Assembly: GCA_905178155.1 (NCBI GenBank)
Contig: CAJINV010000001.1
Location: 1,433,363 to 1,497,362, forward strand
Direction of reading: 5' to 3'
From: Amoebophrya sp. A120
Lineage: Eukaryota > Protista > Dinoflagellata
DNA length: 64,000 nucleotides
Shown: positions 1-12,500 of the stretch, in pieces
How positions within the stretch are numbered: position 1 is the first letter of the stretch
Layout: each line of letters begins with the position of its first letter
The notes under the pieces: model-generated
Databases searched by the model: none
What the model was told of the DNA's origin: nothing
Seen by the model: only the letters and a program-made list of their open reading frames with translations
Program-made: the position numbers and the translations under genes

Positions 1-650
1 CTGTCGTGGAGAAGGTGAAAAGCATTTCGGAGAATGTGGTACAGGCCATTAAAAATATCGCAAAGAAGCTTTCCAAGGGCGCAGCGCAGGTGTGGAGCTG
101 GATTCAGGTTTTCCTCACGTCTTCCGTCACCGAGGGTCTGTTGCTCATGTTGGCCTCCGCTGTGGGGGGAGTCCTGAGCCAGGTGGTAGTCCTCATTCCA
201 TTTATTCGGCAAACCCCCATCCCCGCGATCTTCAGCTCTGCTATCGCGCCGGCGTTAGTGACGCTCTTCCACCTACCGGTTTTTCCGCCAGGCGAACTTG
301 GTGGCGCGGTGAAAGAATGTGGCGAGAAGATTTGTTCCCTTCGGGACTGGGTGCAGGTGCAGGTCGTTAACACGGTTCACACCGTCGCGAAAAAAGTCCA
401 GCAGCTGGTAAGCGGTGCCGTAACCAACTTCGGGCAACACGTACAGGCCGAGCTGCAAACAGGACAGAAACACGTACAGCAAAAGATTGCCGCAACAGGA
501 ATCGCGTTCCAGAACCAGCTTCATCAACATCTACCAAGTAGTGGTGGGGGCCAGGGCGCCCAGCACAAGAAACACCAAGGAACCACGAGTAAAGACGGCC
601 GCCACCATAGCGGTCAGCACCCCGAGGAAAAGAAGCCGAAGCCCCCCTGA
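1..650 (+). CDS. 3' part of an uncharacterised protein (hydrophobic segments, Q/H-rich tail)
   Basis: Open frame from the window edge to TGA at 648-650; no recognisable motif. Confidence 0.45.
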   Translation, partial: VVEKVKSISENVVQAIKNIAKKLSKGAAQVWSWIQVFLTSSVTEGLLLMLASAVGGVLSQVVVLIPFIRQTPIPAIFSSAIAPALVTLFHLPVFPPGELGGAVKECGEKICSLRDWVQVQVVNTVHTVAKKVQQLVSGAVTNFGQHVQAELQTGQKHVQQKIAATGIAFQNQLHQHLPSSGGGQGAQHKKHQGTTSKDGRHHSGQHPEEKKPKPP

Positions 651-1408
651 GGAAAATACACCGCAGAGAATTTTGCAGGACATTTTTCACCTTGATGGCA
701 AACCTTCAGAGAATCGGCAGGGCATTGCAAGGAAACAGTCCAAACTAGTACTAGAGATACCATATACCCTACCCCAGAAAAGCTAAAGCATTGCACAGAA
801 AGCATTTGGCCTACGGTGTGAGACTTTTCCGCTTTTGATGATTTACGTGGTAACTTTCCGGAAATGCATTTTCTGCACCGTCGCGGCGTAATATAACGTG
901 ACAATCTACTGAAACTGAATCAACATGGTGCGACGTGTGCTCTTGAAAGCACGGGACAAGTGCAGAAGCATCCGCAAGCTTGCTATTTTCAATTACGAAA
1001 AAAATTTAAATGAATTATTGTGTCTGCTGTATCTATAGAAATAAATAGCCACATCGCTGCACTGAATTCAGAATGTAGATGTACGTCGATTTTCTCGATT
1101 AGCAGAAAGCTCTTGTGTGCCCACTATATTTTTATGTAAATAAAATATGTTTCTGCTCGTACAAAAATGATAAGCACGCGTCGAAAAAATTTAGCACTAA
1201 TCACGACCATAGCGTTTTACTCAAGCAGCTGTTTACAGTCCCACTTATGTTGAACCTGTAGTCGCACCTCAAGCGTAGCCGTTCACGTTGGTAGAAAAAC
1301 GGATGCTGTATCACGTTCGTATCATGTTCGACCGTGACGGTTCGGCGCTATTCCTTCGTATGCAGGCACTTGTACGGTACTAGTAAAGCAAGGAAGATCG
1401 TGCGCATA

Positions 1409-1475
1409 TAGGGTTTCGGGTTTAGGGTAATAATTCTATATGATATAGAATTATTACCCTAAACCCGAAACCCTA
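1409..1475. repeat. Perfect hairpin with telomere-like arms
   Basis: 33-bp arm TAGGGTTTCGGGTTTAGGGTAATAATTCTATAT, 1-nt loop, then the exact reverse complement. Confidence 0.9.
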
Positions 1476-2554
1476 AATTGTGTACGGGGAACAGCGTCCA
1501 ATTTCGTCACTGGCACTTCTTACGAACGCCGTGTCGATTCTCGAAATTCACGAAACGGATTTGATACAAATAAAGTAGATGTCGCAAAAAATTCCCTTCA
1601 CCTTTTGAGCCCTTACCCTGAAGATCGCTTCCAAAACGGGAAAGCTGTTGCGGCTCTATTTCTGAGGCGTTGGCGTAGCGTCAGTTTTTCGTAGAAAAAA
1701 ACTATCGGCTATTAAGAAGTACTAAGATTGGTCCCGCCGGACGGTCTCAGTGCAACTTCGGCGTTGATGAATGTCGACGATGCAGTCAGCCTTTTGCGCT
1801 AGCGCAATAAATAAAGAGAACGCGCCAGAGTAGATATGTATATGATATTGAGTGAAACTCAGTTTTCGTATAAAACTGCGAGATGACAACTCCTAACTTC
1901 TCACTCTGCGAATTGATACTAAAGCAAGACATACTCGTAGGCACCAGCACTCAGCAAAATAAGGAAGACGCCACGGCACCAGTGTACTTATCGTGGAGTT
2001 TTTCGTATGTTGTTTCATATTTTTACAGCATCATGGCTTGTGGTATGAGTGGCCGGCCCCGCCCTTTCGCGATAGTGTTCTACTCGATCCGCAAGTGTTT
2101 GACTCGATTCGCAGCGATATCCATCGTGTTCGTTCCTATCGTCCATCGTTTTGATCATGTTATCACATCCTGTAACGCTGCTCCATTCGTGGTGGGCTCT
2201 CGTCGTCGTCGAGATTGAGTGGTATTATTCTCGAGAATTATGCAGATGCACACGTATAATTTGTGGAAAAGTGTTTTCAGCTAGGAGATGGTCGCCGTCG
2301 TATTTGAGGAATCAATTCACATCATCCCCGGTCTTGTTTCATCGGACGACCCCATGACCTTTCAACTTGGCAATATCTCCTGCCACAGATCCGCCAACTA
2401 CTTATCTTGATGAAGTTGGACATCAAGTTGATGTCCACCAATCTGCACCACGACAAGAGCCTACTACTAGGGTAGTTGTCTTTATTCGGCCTCAAGAGAT
2501 GATTGTTCGTATTGCTTAGACTATGCTTGTTTTTGCACTTGGAACAGCCGCCGC

Positions 2555-3517
2555 TTGTTCTTTGGCCATGATCGCGATAATTTGAATTGCTCAAACCAGT
2601 TAATAAATAAGGTACCGGAGCAGATACTAAAATCCATCACGCGGCACGTCTTCTACATCGATTCCAACGGCCTCCTGATGGCGCTCGAAGCACTGCGGGA
2701 CAAGTCCAACGCAATGGTGATCGACATCGTGAAGGAACTGGAAAAACTGGAAGAGCTATCAGCGCCGGGATGCGAAATCCACTTCAATTGGGTGCCGTCG
2801 CACCTGGGAAACTACTTTAACGACTTTGCAGATGCACTTGCAACAAGGGGGCTGCGTTACGTTGGAGACTCGTCGGAGGGACGTAAAACCTATGAAAAAG
2901 TTATCACTGAAAAGTTGCTCAGGCGGATCGTGAGCCAGATAGTGAAAAGCAGCCCCCAGAGCAGTAACAGCGCCCACCCCGACCTACTAAGGAGGTCAAG
3001 TCAGCTAGGAGAGTACCAAAGTGAGGAGAAAAGGCCGAGGTTTGTAGACAACGTCATGGTTACAGTGTGGCTAGGGGTGGGCCACCCAGGTCAGTTAGGC
3101 ATGGGAAGAACGACGCACAACGCACAGGAGCCAAAAAAGAGCTTCATGACCTGCCCAGTCTGTCAGAAGAAAGTAGCGCCAAGCACAGACCACCTGCTTT
3201 TTCGGTGCGAAGACCCCAAACTAGTGCAATTGCGAAAAGAACACTTAGGCGCGCCATGCAAAAAAGACATGGAATCTTGCATAAGTATTGTCCGGGAGAG
3301 AAAAAGCGTGAAGGGCATCCTGAACTTCTACGAGAAGGCCTCGCAGACGTATGGCGGAATTTTGCCCACGGGGCTAGCGAACGCGATCAGAGGAGGGCAA
3401 GCGGTTTTTGACGAGGTGGACTACAACGACGTGGCGGAGTGGCAACCGGAGAAAAAGCAGAGCAAGGTCCACGAGAGGGACCTGAACAAAATAGCGAGCT
3501 GGATAGGGCGACTATAG
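2555..3517 (+). mobile_element. 5'-truncated non-LTR retrotransposon ORF2 fragment (RNase H plus CCHC zinc finger)
   Basis: YIDS...FNWVPSHLGNYFNDFADALA is the RNase HI C-terminal half; CPVC-x9-HLLFRC finger follows, as in RNase H-bearing LINE clades; no RT visible. Confidence 0.75.
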
Positions 3518-5867
3518 GCGAGAAACTGCCGATACGAAAACGAACAAGGCCGACAAACAGAAAAGCAAGCCCAGCCCTGCAACACCACAGCAGGAGGGGA
3601 CTACGCCCAGCCGGGCAACTTTTCCGAAAAACCAGCACCCAGAAAAATCCCCCCACCCCTCCCCCCTCGCTTTAGGCCTTTCTGGAGTACATGACACCTC
3701 TGGCTGCAGGAGCAGTCCCGGGGTGTTAGCGTGGGAGGAGCGGAACCGGTGACCAGCTGCGTCGGCCAGAGCACATCGAAGCAGGTGGGTTTAGGGCAAT
3801 GAGGGTGCGCCAAGAGGAAGGTGGGGGAGATGGGAACGGAGACAGAGTAGAGAACTTGTTGAGGCGCTTGCTGAGGCGAAAAAGTAGTTAAAAGCGTGAA
3901 GCCACCGCGCATAGTTAAGAAGTTAGAGAACACGACACTGCGAGGCTCGACCCGTCCTCGAACGGGGGCGGGTGAATGTAGCAAGCGGCGTTTGTGATAC
4001 AGAGGCTGTCGCTCGTCCGCTACACTAGTCTCCTAACAGCAAGAAGAAAAAACAAGACAAGGCGCCTAAGCTACTACTAATGCTTATGTGGTAGAGCAGT
4101 AGAATAGCCGCGCGCCGCACTCAACCCAGGGGACCCGCTGAACGACGGCCGAGAGCCCGCCCGGTGGGGAGTTTCCTTATGTTCGTGTTCGTCTGCCCTC
4201 CACCCACTGCAGAAGAACAACCTAGCAGACTTGAACCAAGTCGATCTTTTTCAAAAGTCTCTGGTGAATTCACTCCGGTCCGCCTTGCTCTTTGAAGATC
4301 CGCGCGAGTAAGCACAATAAGCTGCTGCCAAGGCGGAGAACGGCTAGTACAAGCGCAGGCCTTAGAGTGATACATGATCGGAATCGGGCTACAAGGCCAC
4401 AGGTAAATCACCCCTGCGTCTTCCGGTCGGCCTTTACGAAACTGACTACAAAAAACCGCGACGGTAGATAGGGGGCGGTCTAGTCTACGGTCTAGATCGT
4501 CTCCGCTACCATTCGAAGAACGCAAGTCCCAGGCTTTGTACAACAGGAGCGGCATCCGACCCGAGTGTAGTCAGCCGGACCATTTTTAGAAGACGTTGCG
4601 AGGTGGGCGGAGAGGCATCACGCGTGCAGTGGAACGAGAGGAAGGCCAGCGTTCAACTGTGTGACGTTCGTCGTGTATTGTCCTGCCTAGTTCACTAGGC
4701 AGGAGACATTTGTGTCTCGTTTTCCTGGAGCCTGATCGCAAATTCGTATGCTCCTTCCATGCCGTTGCATGCCTAAATCTGATCTTCCCTGCTTCGCTTC
4801 CCCTTGTATCCGCCCCTGTAGAGTTAGGTCTATACCCTTTTACTTTCCTTCTGTCGTTTATGTTATGTTGTTTTCTTACTCGCTATTGCTTACTACTGGA
4901 CTGCCCGTTCCTTTTGCCCCCTCTTGCATGCGCCCCTGTAGACTTTGAACTCTACCCTTTTATCCTGCTTCTCCCCTCTAAGTCTGTTCTCTTTACTTTT
5001 GCAACCTTTGTAGCGCTAGTTGCGGATCCCGCGCTCTCGCAGGGGTTTGTTTTTTCCGCCTTGCCAGCGGGTTTGCCCGGGGGGGCGCGACAGTCTTTGG
5101 GGATTCTGGCACTTGACGTTCACCAACGTGTTGCCGGCGGGACGTTGCACAACTTTTCGTACTACACCCCTGCGGTCCGACGACCAACTTCGTGTTGATT
5201 TTCCCGGACCCAGATGGGCGCTTTTTCCTGCTGCTGTCTTTCCGGCGAACACCCCTTGGTGCTCGTCAGTCTGCCAGAGCTTGTTTACATGCGCGCGCTA
5301 TCTGGTGGTGGTGAAAATGTGCCACGAACGCGGTGCCCGCGGCCTCATCTTTTCGTTCTTTCTCACTCGGGTTCCGCAGTTGATATGAGTGACATTTATA
5401 TGTTTGTCGGAGGCTGGTTTGTTGTCTGCGGAGCTCCGTCATGGCGTCTGCATGTAGATAGTTTTGGGTCAGGTCTGCTAATCCTGGCAAGTAGTTTCAT
5501 GGGGCGCCGGGGCTCTAAACAGCTTACCTGTTCCTCAGCGCTATTGCGCTCGCTACAGCTCTGCTTGGAAAAAATATTTTACAGCTTGGCCTCCGCTTGT
5601 GGAAGGTCGGCGATTCGCGCCTGCTCTGCTCTGCTAGCCGCGCGTTACTCTTCAAGTTCGTGTGGGCTCCTGGTGCTGCGATCACCGTCGGGAGTGTAAC
5701 AACATGAGAACATAAGGACGTCGGTGTTTGAGAGCTATTTAGTATTCGACTGCTTGCTGCGTTTTGATCCTTTTGCATCCCTCACGCACAGCCAGGATCT
5801 TTCAGTAGTTTGAAGCCCGCCGAAATTTTGCGTGCGGATTTAGCTTTCTTACCCCCTCGAAAAAAGG

Positions 5868-6052
5868 GGAGTCTCCTAACCCTTATGGTCGTCCCTGCCG
5901 CCGGTGGTAGCGTGCGCGTCGCCACTCTGATCTGATCTGATCGGACTATGTAGGTTCTCTCTCTCTCTCNGGAGTCTCCTGACCCTTATGGTCGTCCCTG
6001 CCGCCGGTGGTCACGTCCGCGGGGCGCTTTCAGCGACTTTCAGCGAATGTAG

Positions 6053-6108
<56 letters not shown>
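5868..6108. repeat. Two related ~85-bp units, each ending ATGTAGGT plus (TC)n; N at 5970
   Basis: GGAGTCTCCT.ACCCTTATGGTCGTCCCTGCCGCCGGTGGT occurs at about 5868 and at 5971; long (TC)n to 6108. Confidence 0.8.
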
Positions 6109-6112
<4 letters not shown>

Positions 6113-6122
6113 AACAAAGACG

Positions 6123-8139
6123 ATGCGAACAAAGGCGACGGTGATGCAGCGACGGCGCGATGGTGGGCGAGATCGGGTTACTTCATCGCGCGGTCGTCGT
6201 AGCCGAGCGCGAGCCGCGTTTGCTTCCTTCTTGGAGCAGAATCGGGCTCAGACGCAGAGTGGAAAGGAAACTACGCTCGAGACCACACATCGCGGGAGCC
6301 ACGGAGCAGACTCGTCTGACGAAGGCTCAACAACCGCCACCATCGTGTTTGCAGAGGACGCGCCGCGGCGTACGCGTGACAGCGCAAGAACAGGAGCTGC
6401 ATCGGGAAGCGACGCCGCACCGCAGTCCTCAAGCAGCGCTTCTAGCGCCGGTGATATGTTGTTCGGTTCGTCCGCGGGCACTGTCTCTAGTGGACGAGAT
6501 GAAATGAACGCAGCCGACACGACGTCGTCCCTCGGTGCAAATGCCGAGAAAGATGACTCGTCCTGTTGTCCGACCGGAGAAAACAACGAAGTGGCTGTAT
6601 TGAGAGGAAAAATCCCCCCTCCCCATATTGAAAAGGTATGCTTCCCTCGAACAAAATTTGTGTTGCTGATTTGTGGCCACAAATCAGGTTTGTCTTGCAA
6701 GAAGACAAGCGCAGAGGCTTCCCTGCCATTGTGGAACCGATTTGGCATGCTGTTGGGTGGCCTAGAGGGCAGCCGGTTGCCATGCTAAACAACTAGACCC
6801 AGACGCCCCTATCGAGGCGGGGATAGTACTATGGCCGCAATTCCTTACAGCAAGACAGAGCGCATTTGCGTACGCAACTTCGGCATCAGCCATAGTATCC
6901 GCAAATTCGGCATCAGAAACTTCGTTTTGATATGGGAAGGGGTTTTTTTTTCCTTGATAGGCTGCGCCGCTTTTTTTGGCCGAGGACGAGGACCCCGTGG
7001 ATGGGGATATCGTTCCCCATACGCCACCGCCGGACCACACTTCGAAGCCGGGGGTCACGACGGCGCCCCCGGGGACCAGCGCAGCAGGGTACATTTCGTC
7101 CTCGCTTTCCATCCGAGCCTGCAGTAGCAGAGACAAGAGCGAGTCCCCCGCGCCCTTGGTTGTCAAGCTCGCCACCGACCTAGGGGTTACGTTTCAGACG
7201 GAAAAGGTTTTTGCGTACAAGGGCCAGGAGCACACCTTCAATACCGGGTCCTTGCGGGGGTCGCGGGTCGCCTCGTTGCAGTTGTCCCACAGTGGCGATA
7301 ACGGGCTCTGCCTGGAGAGCGTGAAACTGGACGGAGCAGTATCCTATGTGGAAACTCGTCCCCACCCCATAGTCAAGGCGGGACATCTGCTAGACAAATC
7401 AATAGGCTTTGGTTGGTGCGCATGACAAATCTGGGCTCGCAGTGTAGTCGTCTTTAGCTAGTGCAGCAGCAACATCGACGCGGAGCTAGCAAATAGCATC
7501 CTGAAGATACGAGCATCACAAAGGTGGATCTGATAGGTCTCCGCATTTGAAACATTTTACGCATGCAGATTTGCATCACAGCTCGGGGTTTGGGGGCGTT
7601 TTTACACGGGATAAACGGAGGTGGACTGGTATCGAACGCAAAAGCATCGTACTAGTATAAGAAAATTGCATTACAAATTCGCTCAGCATTACAAATGAAA
7701 CTGGTAATGCTGTTTTCCCTTAAGAGAGAGATTTGTCATGCATAGCAGCAATTACTACGAGTACGATACTTTTGCAGTTCAGAACTGGGACGACGACCGG
7801 CAGTCGTACGGGGAAGTATTTTATCCTGTGCAAAACAAGTATCGTATTCGTACTAATCGCAACTATGCATTACAAATCTTAATCTTTTTCTTATAGGTAA
7901 ATCCGCACTACAAATCTTGTTTCTCATGCTGAGGAAATTTGTGTATGCATTTTTTACACGACAAGTGCGATACTTTTGCAATTCATATGATTTGGTTCGA
8001 CGCTTGTGTGAGCGGGGATTACGATGGCGGGCCGTATCGAGTGCAAATTTTTCAGGCTTATGGTCGGACTCATTGGAAGACGGAAGACGCCAATCAAAAA
8101 AAGCTGTACCGCAGCATATTAGATGCTTTTTTTGACTAG
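6123..8139 (+). CDS. 5-exon protein with a PLAT/LH2-like C-terminal domain
   Basis: Removing 4 introners joins ORFs 6123, 6976 and 7939 in frame: ...LQLSHSGDNGLCLESVKLDGAEVDW...EVFWFD; domain call from motif resemblance only. Confidence 0.6.
6598..6959. mobile_element. Introner, family B
   Basis: TIR TAT..AGGAAAAATCCCCCCTCCCCATAT; TSD GGCTG. Confidence 0.9.
7340..7613. mobile_element. Introner, family E
   Basis: TATCCT..AAAC..GTCCCCAC TIR; TSD degenerate; removal restores frame. Confidence 0.75.
7630..7783. mobile_element. Introner, family C
   Basis: GCAAAAGCATCGTACT TIR; TSD ACTGG. Confidence 0.85.
7822..7987. mobile_element. Introner, family C
   Basis: TGCAAAA..GTATCG TIR; TSD degenerate; removal restores frame. 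Confidence 0.75.
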
Positions 8140-9581
8140 TGTGTCTTCTATAAAAATACTGTTGTAACGCGGATCGCTTCTGAATCTGATTCTAGATTCT
8201 GAAAAGGTAGGCGGCCTCGGCTGCAAGGGTCTGTCTTGCCGTTAGTCTTGCATCAACTGCAGCAGGTCAAGTAAAGTCTAGCTCCTGTATAGAGCACATT
8301 GTGAAAAAATACTACTATGTGGTCGTCAGTAATAGGACGCATCTATCAGGTATAGAGTGTCTGTGTTGAAAAATTTTGGTACAAGTCACGCCGATGTGAT
8401 CCACGACCTGGACGCACTTAGGCTGCATACCTCCTGCTTCAATGGCACCGACGGCCGGACTGCAAACTTCTTTTCCGTGCAGAGCAGCGCGCTCGTCGTC
8501 TGAGGGGTGTAAGTACTCACACGAAGCAGGCTCGTCGGCGATTGGTGATTCATTTTGAACAACAGAAAGCGGGGCTGACTGGAGACAGACCACTGCTGAC
8601 ATTAAGGTAGATAAATGATATACGCAAGCTTGTAGTAAAGGAGGTTTATATTGATTCATCTTCTCCGCTTCTGTTTTTCCTGACAAATAAACAGCCAGGC
8701 TCTGGCTTCTCCTTCTTTCGGCCTCGATCAGAGTCAGACACCGGGACTGTCTGACTTCGCATCATCGCGGTTCTTGGTTGTGTGATGATGGTGCCAAGAA
8801 ATGTTCTGGCTTGGTTTTTTTGTTTCTTTATTTTGGCATTAGCTCCTCGCGTAGTGTGGGTTGTCGTTCTGTGTGTTAGTGTTTGTGTGTGTGTGTGTCG
8901 TCCTCGTTCTGGCCGGTTGCTTGTGATCATCTTTCCAGTGCGGATAGATTGCTACTGTGACGACAAAAATCGCAAGTTTTTGGAAATCGATGATCTCGAC
9001 TGCCCGAGATCACATGAAGATGACAAGGGAGTTCCAACCTGGTGAAATCGATTTACGCAGCAATCTCGTCGCTTCATCATAAAAATGCTATATCTTCGAA
9101 CACGGTAGCGGCTGCAACTACTACAGCACGAGGCTCGTCGTGGTCTCCTGTCGACACTGGCAACTACCCGAATTGATTCTGCGGCAGGCGTTAGTTGACG
9201 CCGCTTCTGCATTTGTTTTTCATATTATTCAAGGTTGCGAGATAATTACTATCACAATGACGATCAGTGGTCCCGCACTTAGTTGCCCAAAAGATCCTCA
9301 CGCGTGGTTCGTCTCGACTCACCACGGTATAAAGGTAAGTACTTGCTATGTGTCGTAGTTGTCATAAACATTTTCGTTGGTAAAGCTAGTGTCGTGTATT
9401 CGCGTTCAGGGAACTAGGTCATGTAGATGTACTTAATAAAAATACTATAATTACATTCTCCTTCTTTTCAGTAGTTGCAAGTAGAAATGCGATCGATTTT
9501 TTTCGTGTAGTCGTAGTGTCCAGAAATGACTTCGGATTTTTCATGTGCGTGGTCCACGGGCGAAAAGAAATAAAAAGAAAA

Positions 9582-12500
9582 ATGGGTCGTGGAGGAGGAA
9601 AGGGCCGCGGAGGTGGCGGAAAGGGCGGGGGCGGCTACGATTGGCGGCAGCACGTCGAGGCGTCAAGCGATCCGCAAGTGCGAAACCGCGTCTGGATGAC
9701 GATTGATAATTTTTCCAAGAACCCCGCTGCGCAGGAACTTGAGCTCGACTCCTGGCAAGTGCGTGGTCGGGAGCAGAATACCTACAAGCAGATGGTGAAA
9801 GAGTTTCCGGGGATTCACTTCGAGCCGGGGGGCAAGTACCGCGGGGCGCCGACGCTGAAGAAGATCGCAAGGAGAGACGGGACGATGAAGTACGGGGGTC
9901 ATCTTACGGGAAACACGAACAACGGAGAGGACGGAAACAAGAACGAGTCCGCAGCAGGAGTTACGTCGTCCACCTCCCAACACGAACTACATCCCTTCGC
10001 CCGCCTTCGCGACATTTGCGTGGAGATCGTCGGGCTGGAAGCCGCGCAGGCTGAGGACGCCAGCACCGCAAACGGCGCTTGGGTCAAGACCCGACAGCTG
10101 CTTCGGGACGTCCGGCAAAACGAAAAACCGCTGTGGGAGGAGCTGTGCGCCTTCCACAACTTTGCCAGTGCCGGCGACAAGGACATCCGGAATCTGAAGA
10201 GCGAGGACTTGGCAGTGTTCAAGCGCTACTTTGAACTACCCCCAGCCGCGGACGGGTACGACTATCTGAGGCCGCTGCTCTATGGAAGTGTCAGAATCGA
10301 AATTGACAAAATCGAAAAAAAATTTGCGATGCATAGAATCGATACCAGTTGAAGCCTCAGTTTCCAAGTGGCGCATGACAAATTTCGGGAGCACCCAAAT
10401 CCAGCCCGTCACTTTGTTTGGGCAAAGAAGATTAGACTGCTCCTGTCATGCTACTGCGGCAGCACATTGCATATCCCGCCTAAACAGGCTTGCAATCGGT
10501 CTCATTTGCCTGCTCGCCAATACAGGCCTTCAGTGCCCTACATTTTTTGCATCACAAATTTTTCGATTTTGTCGATTTCAATCCTGACACATCCATATGC
10601 TCGACGGGGTGAAGAAGATCCGGAAGACGGAATACTGCAAGCCGGTTTACTACCGCGACGTGGCGAAGTTGCGGGAGCTAGACGACAACCTCGCCACTGC
10701 GCTGAACAAGACGCGGAAATTCGCAGGGCACGCGGGCGGCGGGCACACTTTCGACAAGGATGAGTTTTTGAGCAGCAATTTTGGGAAAAAGAAAAGACGA
10801 GCTGCCCCGGCCGCGCCGAGCGATCATGCCGCCGCGAGCAAAAAGCAAAAAACCGACAGCAGCGGCGAGAGGGATGAAGATTACGAAATGGATCCTGTGG
10901 TCGAACAGCTCTCGTCCAGCGGAGAGGATCTTCAGGTCGACGCGAGAGGGCCTGATGAAGACAGTGTGGCGGAAGATGACGACGAGGAGATGGTAACACG
11001 ACGAGGTGGACCACACGCAGATCTATCGTCCGATGCAAATATAAAAGTTAAGCCAACTCCTGCTGGTTTCGCGCTCCCGACGGTCACCCGCAACCCGTGC
11101 AAAGTGTATCAGGAGCGCGTGCACCTCCGGAAATGGCTCCCCGCCTACAAGGCCGGACGGCAGTTCGTGAGAAGCGTTTTTTCCCACGATGTTGTGGTCC
11201 TCTGCGGCGCGACGGGGTGCGGGAAGACCACACAGCTACCGCAAATTCTCATGGAGTACTGCAACGACACCGACTCTGCAGCTACCAGCGAGGACATCTG
11301 CCGCCGCATCATTTGCACCCAGCCGCGCCGAATATCCGCGACCAGTGTCTGCGAGCGGGTGTGTATCCTACGAAAAAAGTGTTACAGTTACACATTTGTA
11401 GTGAATTCAGCAACACAAATTTTTCTGCATGAGAGAGAAAACTTGTAATGCAGAAATCCTACGAGAAAACACCTATAAAACGAGGCTCCTAGTATGCATA
11501 TCCGGCATGACAGAGCTTTTCTGTCTTGCTTGGCCTGCAACACAATGTGTAATTGTAACACTTTTTTCTTGCGATAGTGTGCTACGAGCGGGGCGAGACG
11601 GTTGGTGACCGCGTCGGGTACCAGATCCGATTCGAGCGGAAGGTGCAAAATGCGGACTGCGAGCTTCTGTACTGCACGGTCGGGATACTGCTTCGCTTCC
11701 TGGTCGGCAATCCGAAGCTGAATGGCGTCGATTTCGTTATCGTGGACGAGGTGCATGAGCGCGGTTTGCACACGGATTTTGTTCTCCTCATCCTGCGCGA
11801 TTTGGTCCGGGAAAGGAAGAAACTCGCGGAAGAGGGAAGGGGCGAATATGCAGTGCAAAAGCATCGTACTAGTATAAATTGCATGGCAAATTGACTTAGC
11901 ATTACAAATCAAATTTGTAATGCGGATTTGCCTTGCCCTTGGAAACAAGATTTGTAATGCAAGACTTGCATTTGTACGAGTCCGATACTTTTGCACGGGA
12001 TAGCGGACCGCTGAAGCTGATTCTGATGTCCGCGACCATCGACGCCAGCTCCTTTTTGGAGTACTTTGGCGAGAAGAACACCGGGCCGGGGTCGATCCTG
12101 AACGAAAGCGAAGGAGCGCGGTTCTCCCGGAACCCGCTCACCGTGGACTTCATCGACCTACCGGGTAAAACAAACTATCCCATCGAGGAGTTCTTCGCCG
12201 AAGACCTGTTCCTCCGTGGGGTTGTGGACCAAAATTTCCACATCAAGGGCGCCCGAGGACCCGGGGAGAAGAAAAAGTTGTGGCGTGGTCCTGGATATCA
12301 AATGCAAATATGTCTGGGTCTGGAAGAATGCAGCCTTGTCATGCATATTTTCCATGCCCCATGGGGTCTGAAATGCAGGGCCTAGCATGACAGATTCTGC
12401 GAAGTCTCTATCATGCCTATCCTGCGTGAGAAACTCCCGCTCATGTTGGTCAAAAAAGGAAAACGCTTGATGATCACGCAACACAGATTTTGGTGTGACT

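Noticed and set aside
5971-6055. HDV-like ribozyme (GCGAATG near the 3' end)
   Set aside because: No P1 or P1.1 pairing could be built
6597-6960. General model of splicing 1 nt outside each element end (GT..AG here, net +3 nt)
   Set aside because: Keeps frame but would insert a residue into invariant motifs such as STNIAETS and HPELWQP
8315-9360. Short ORFs between the PLAT-like gene and the helicase
   Set aside because: No motif or consistent exon chain
11388-11996. Many ORF-track entries containing [17 protein letters not shown] or PDPDIF peptides, and antisense ORFs such as this one
   Set aside because: They are translations of introner TIRs or shadows of GC-rich exons
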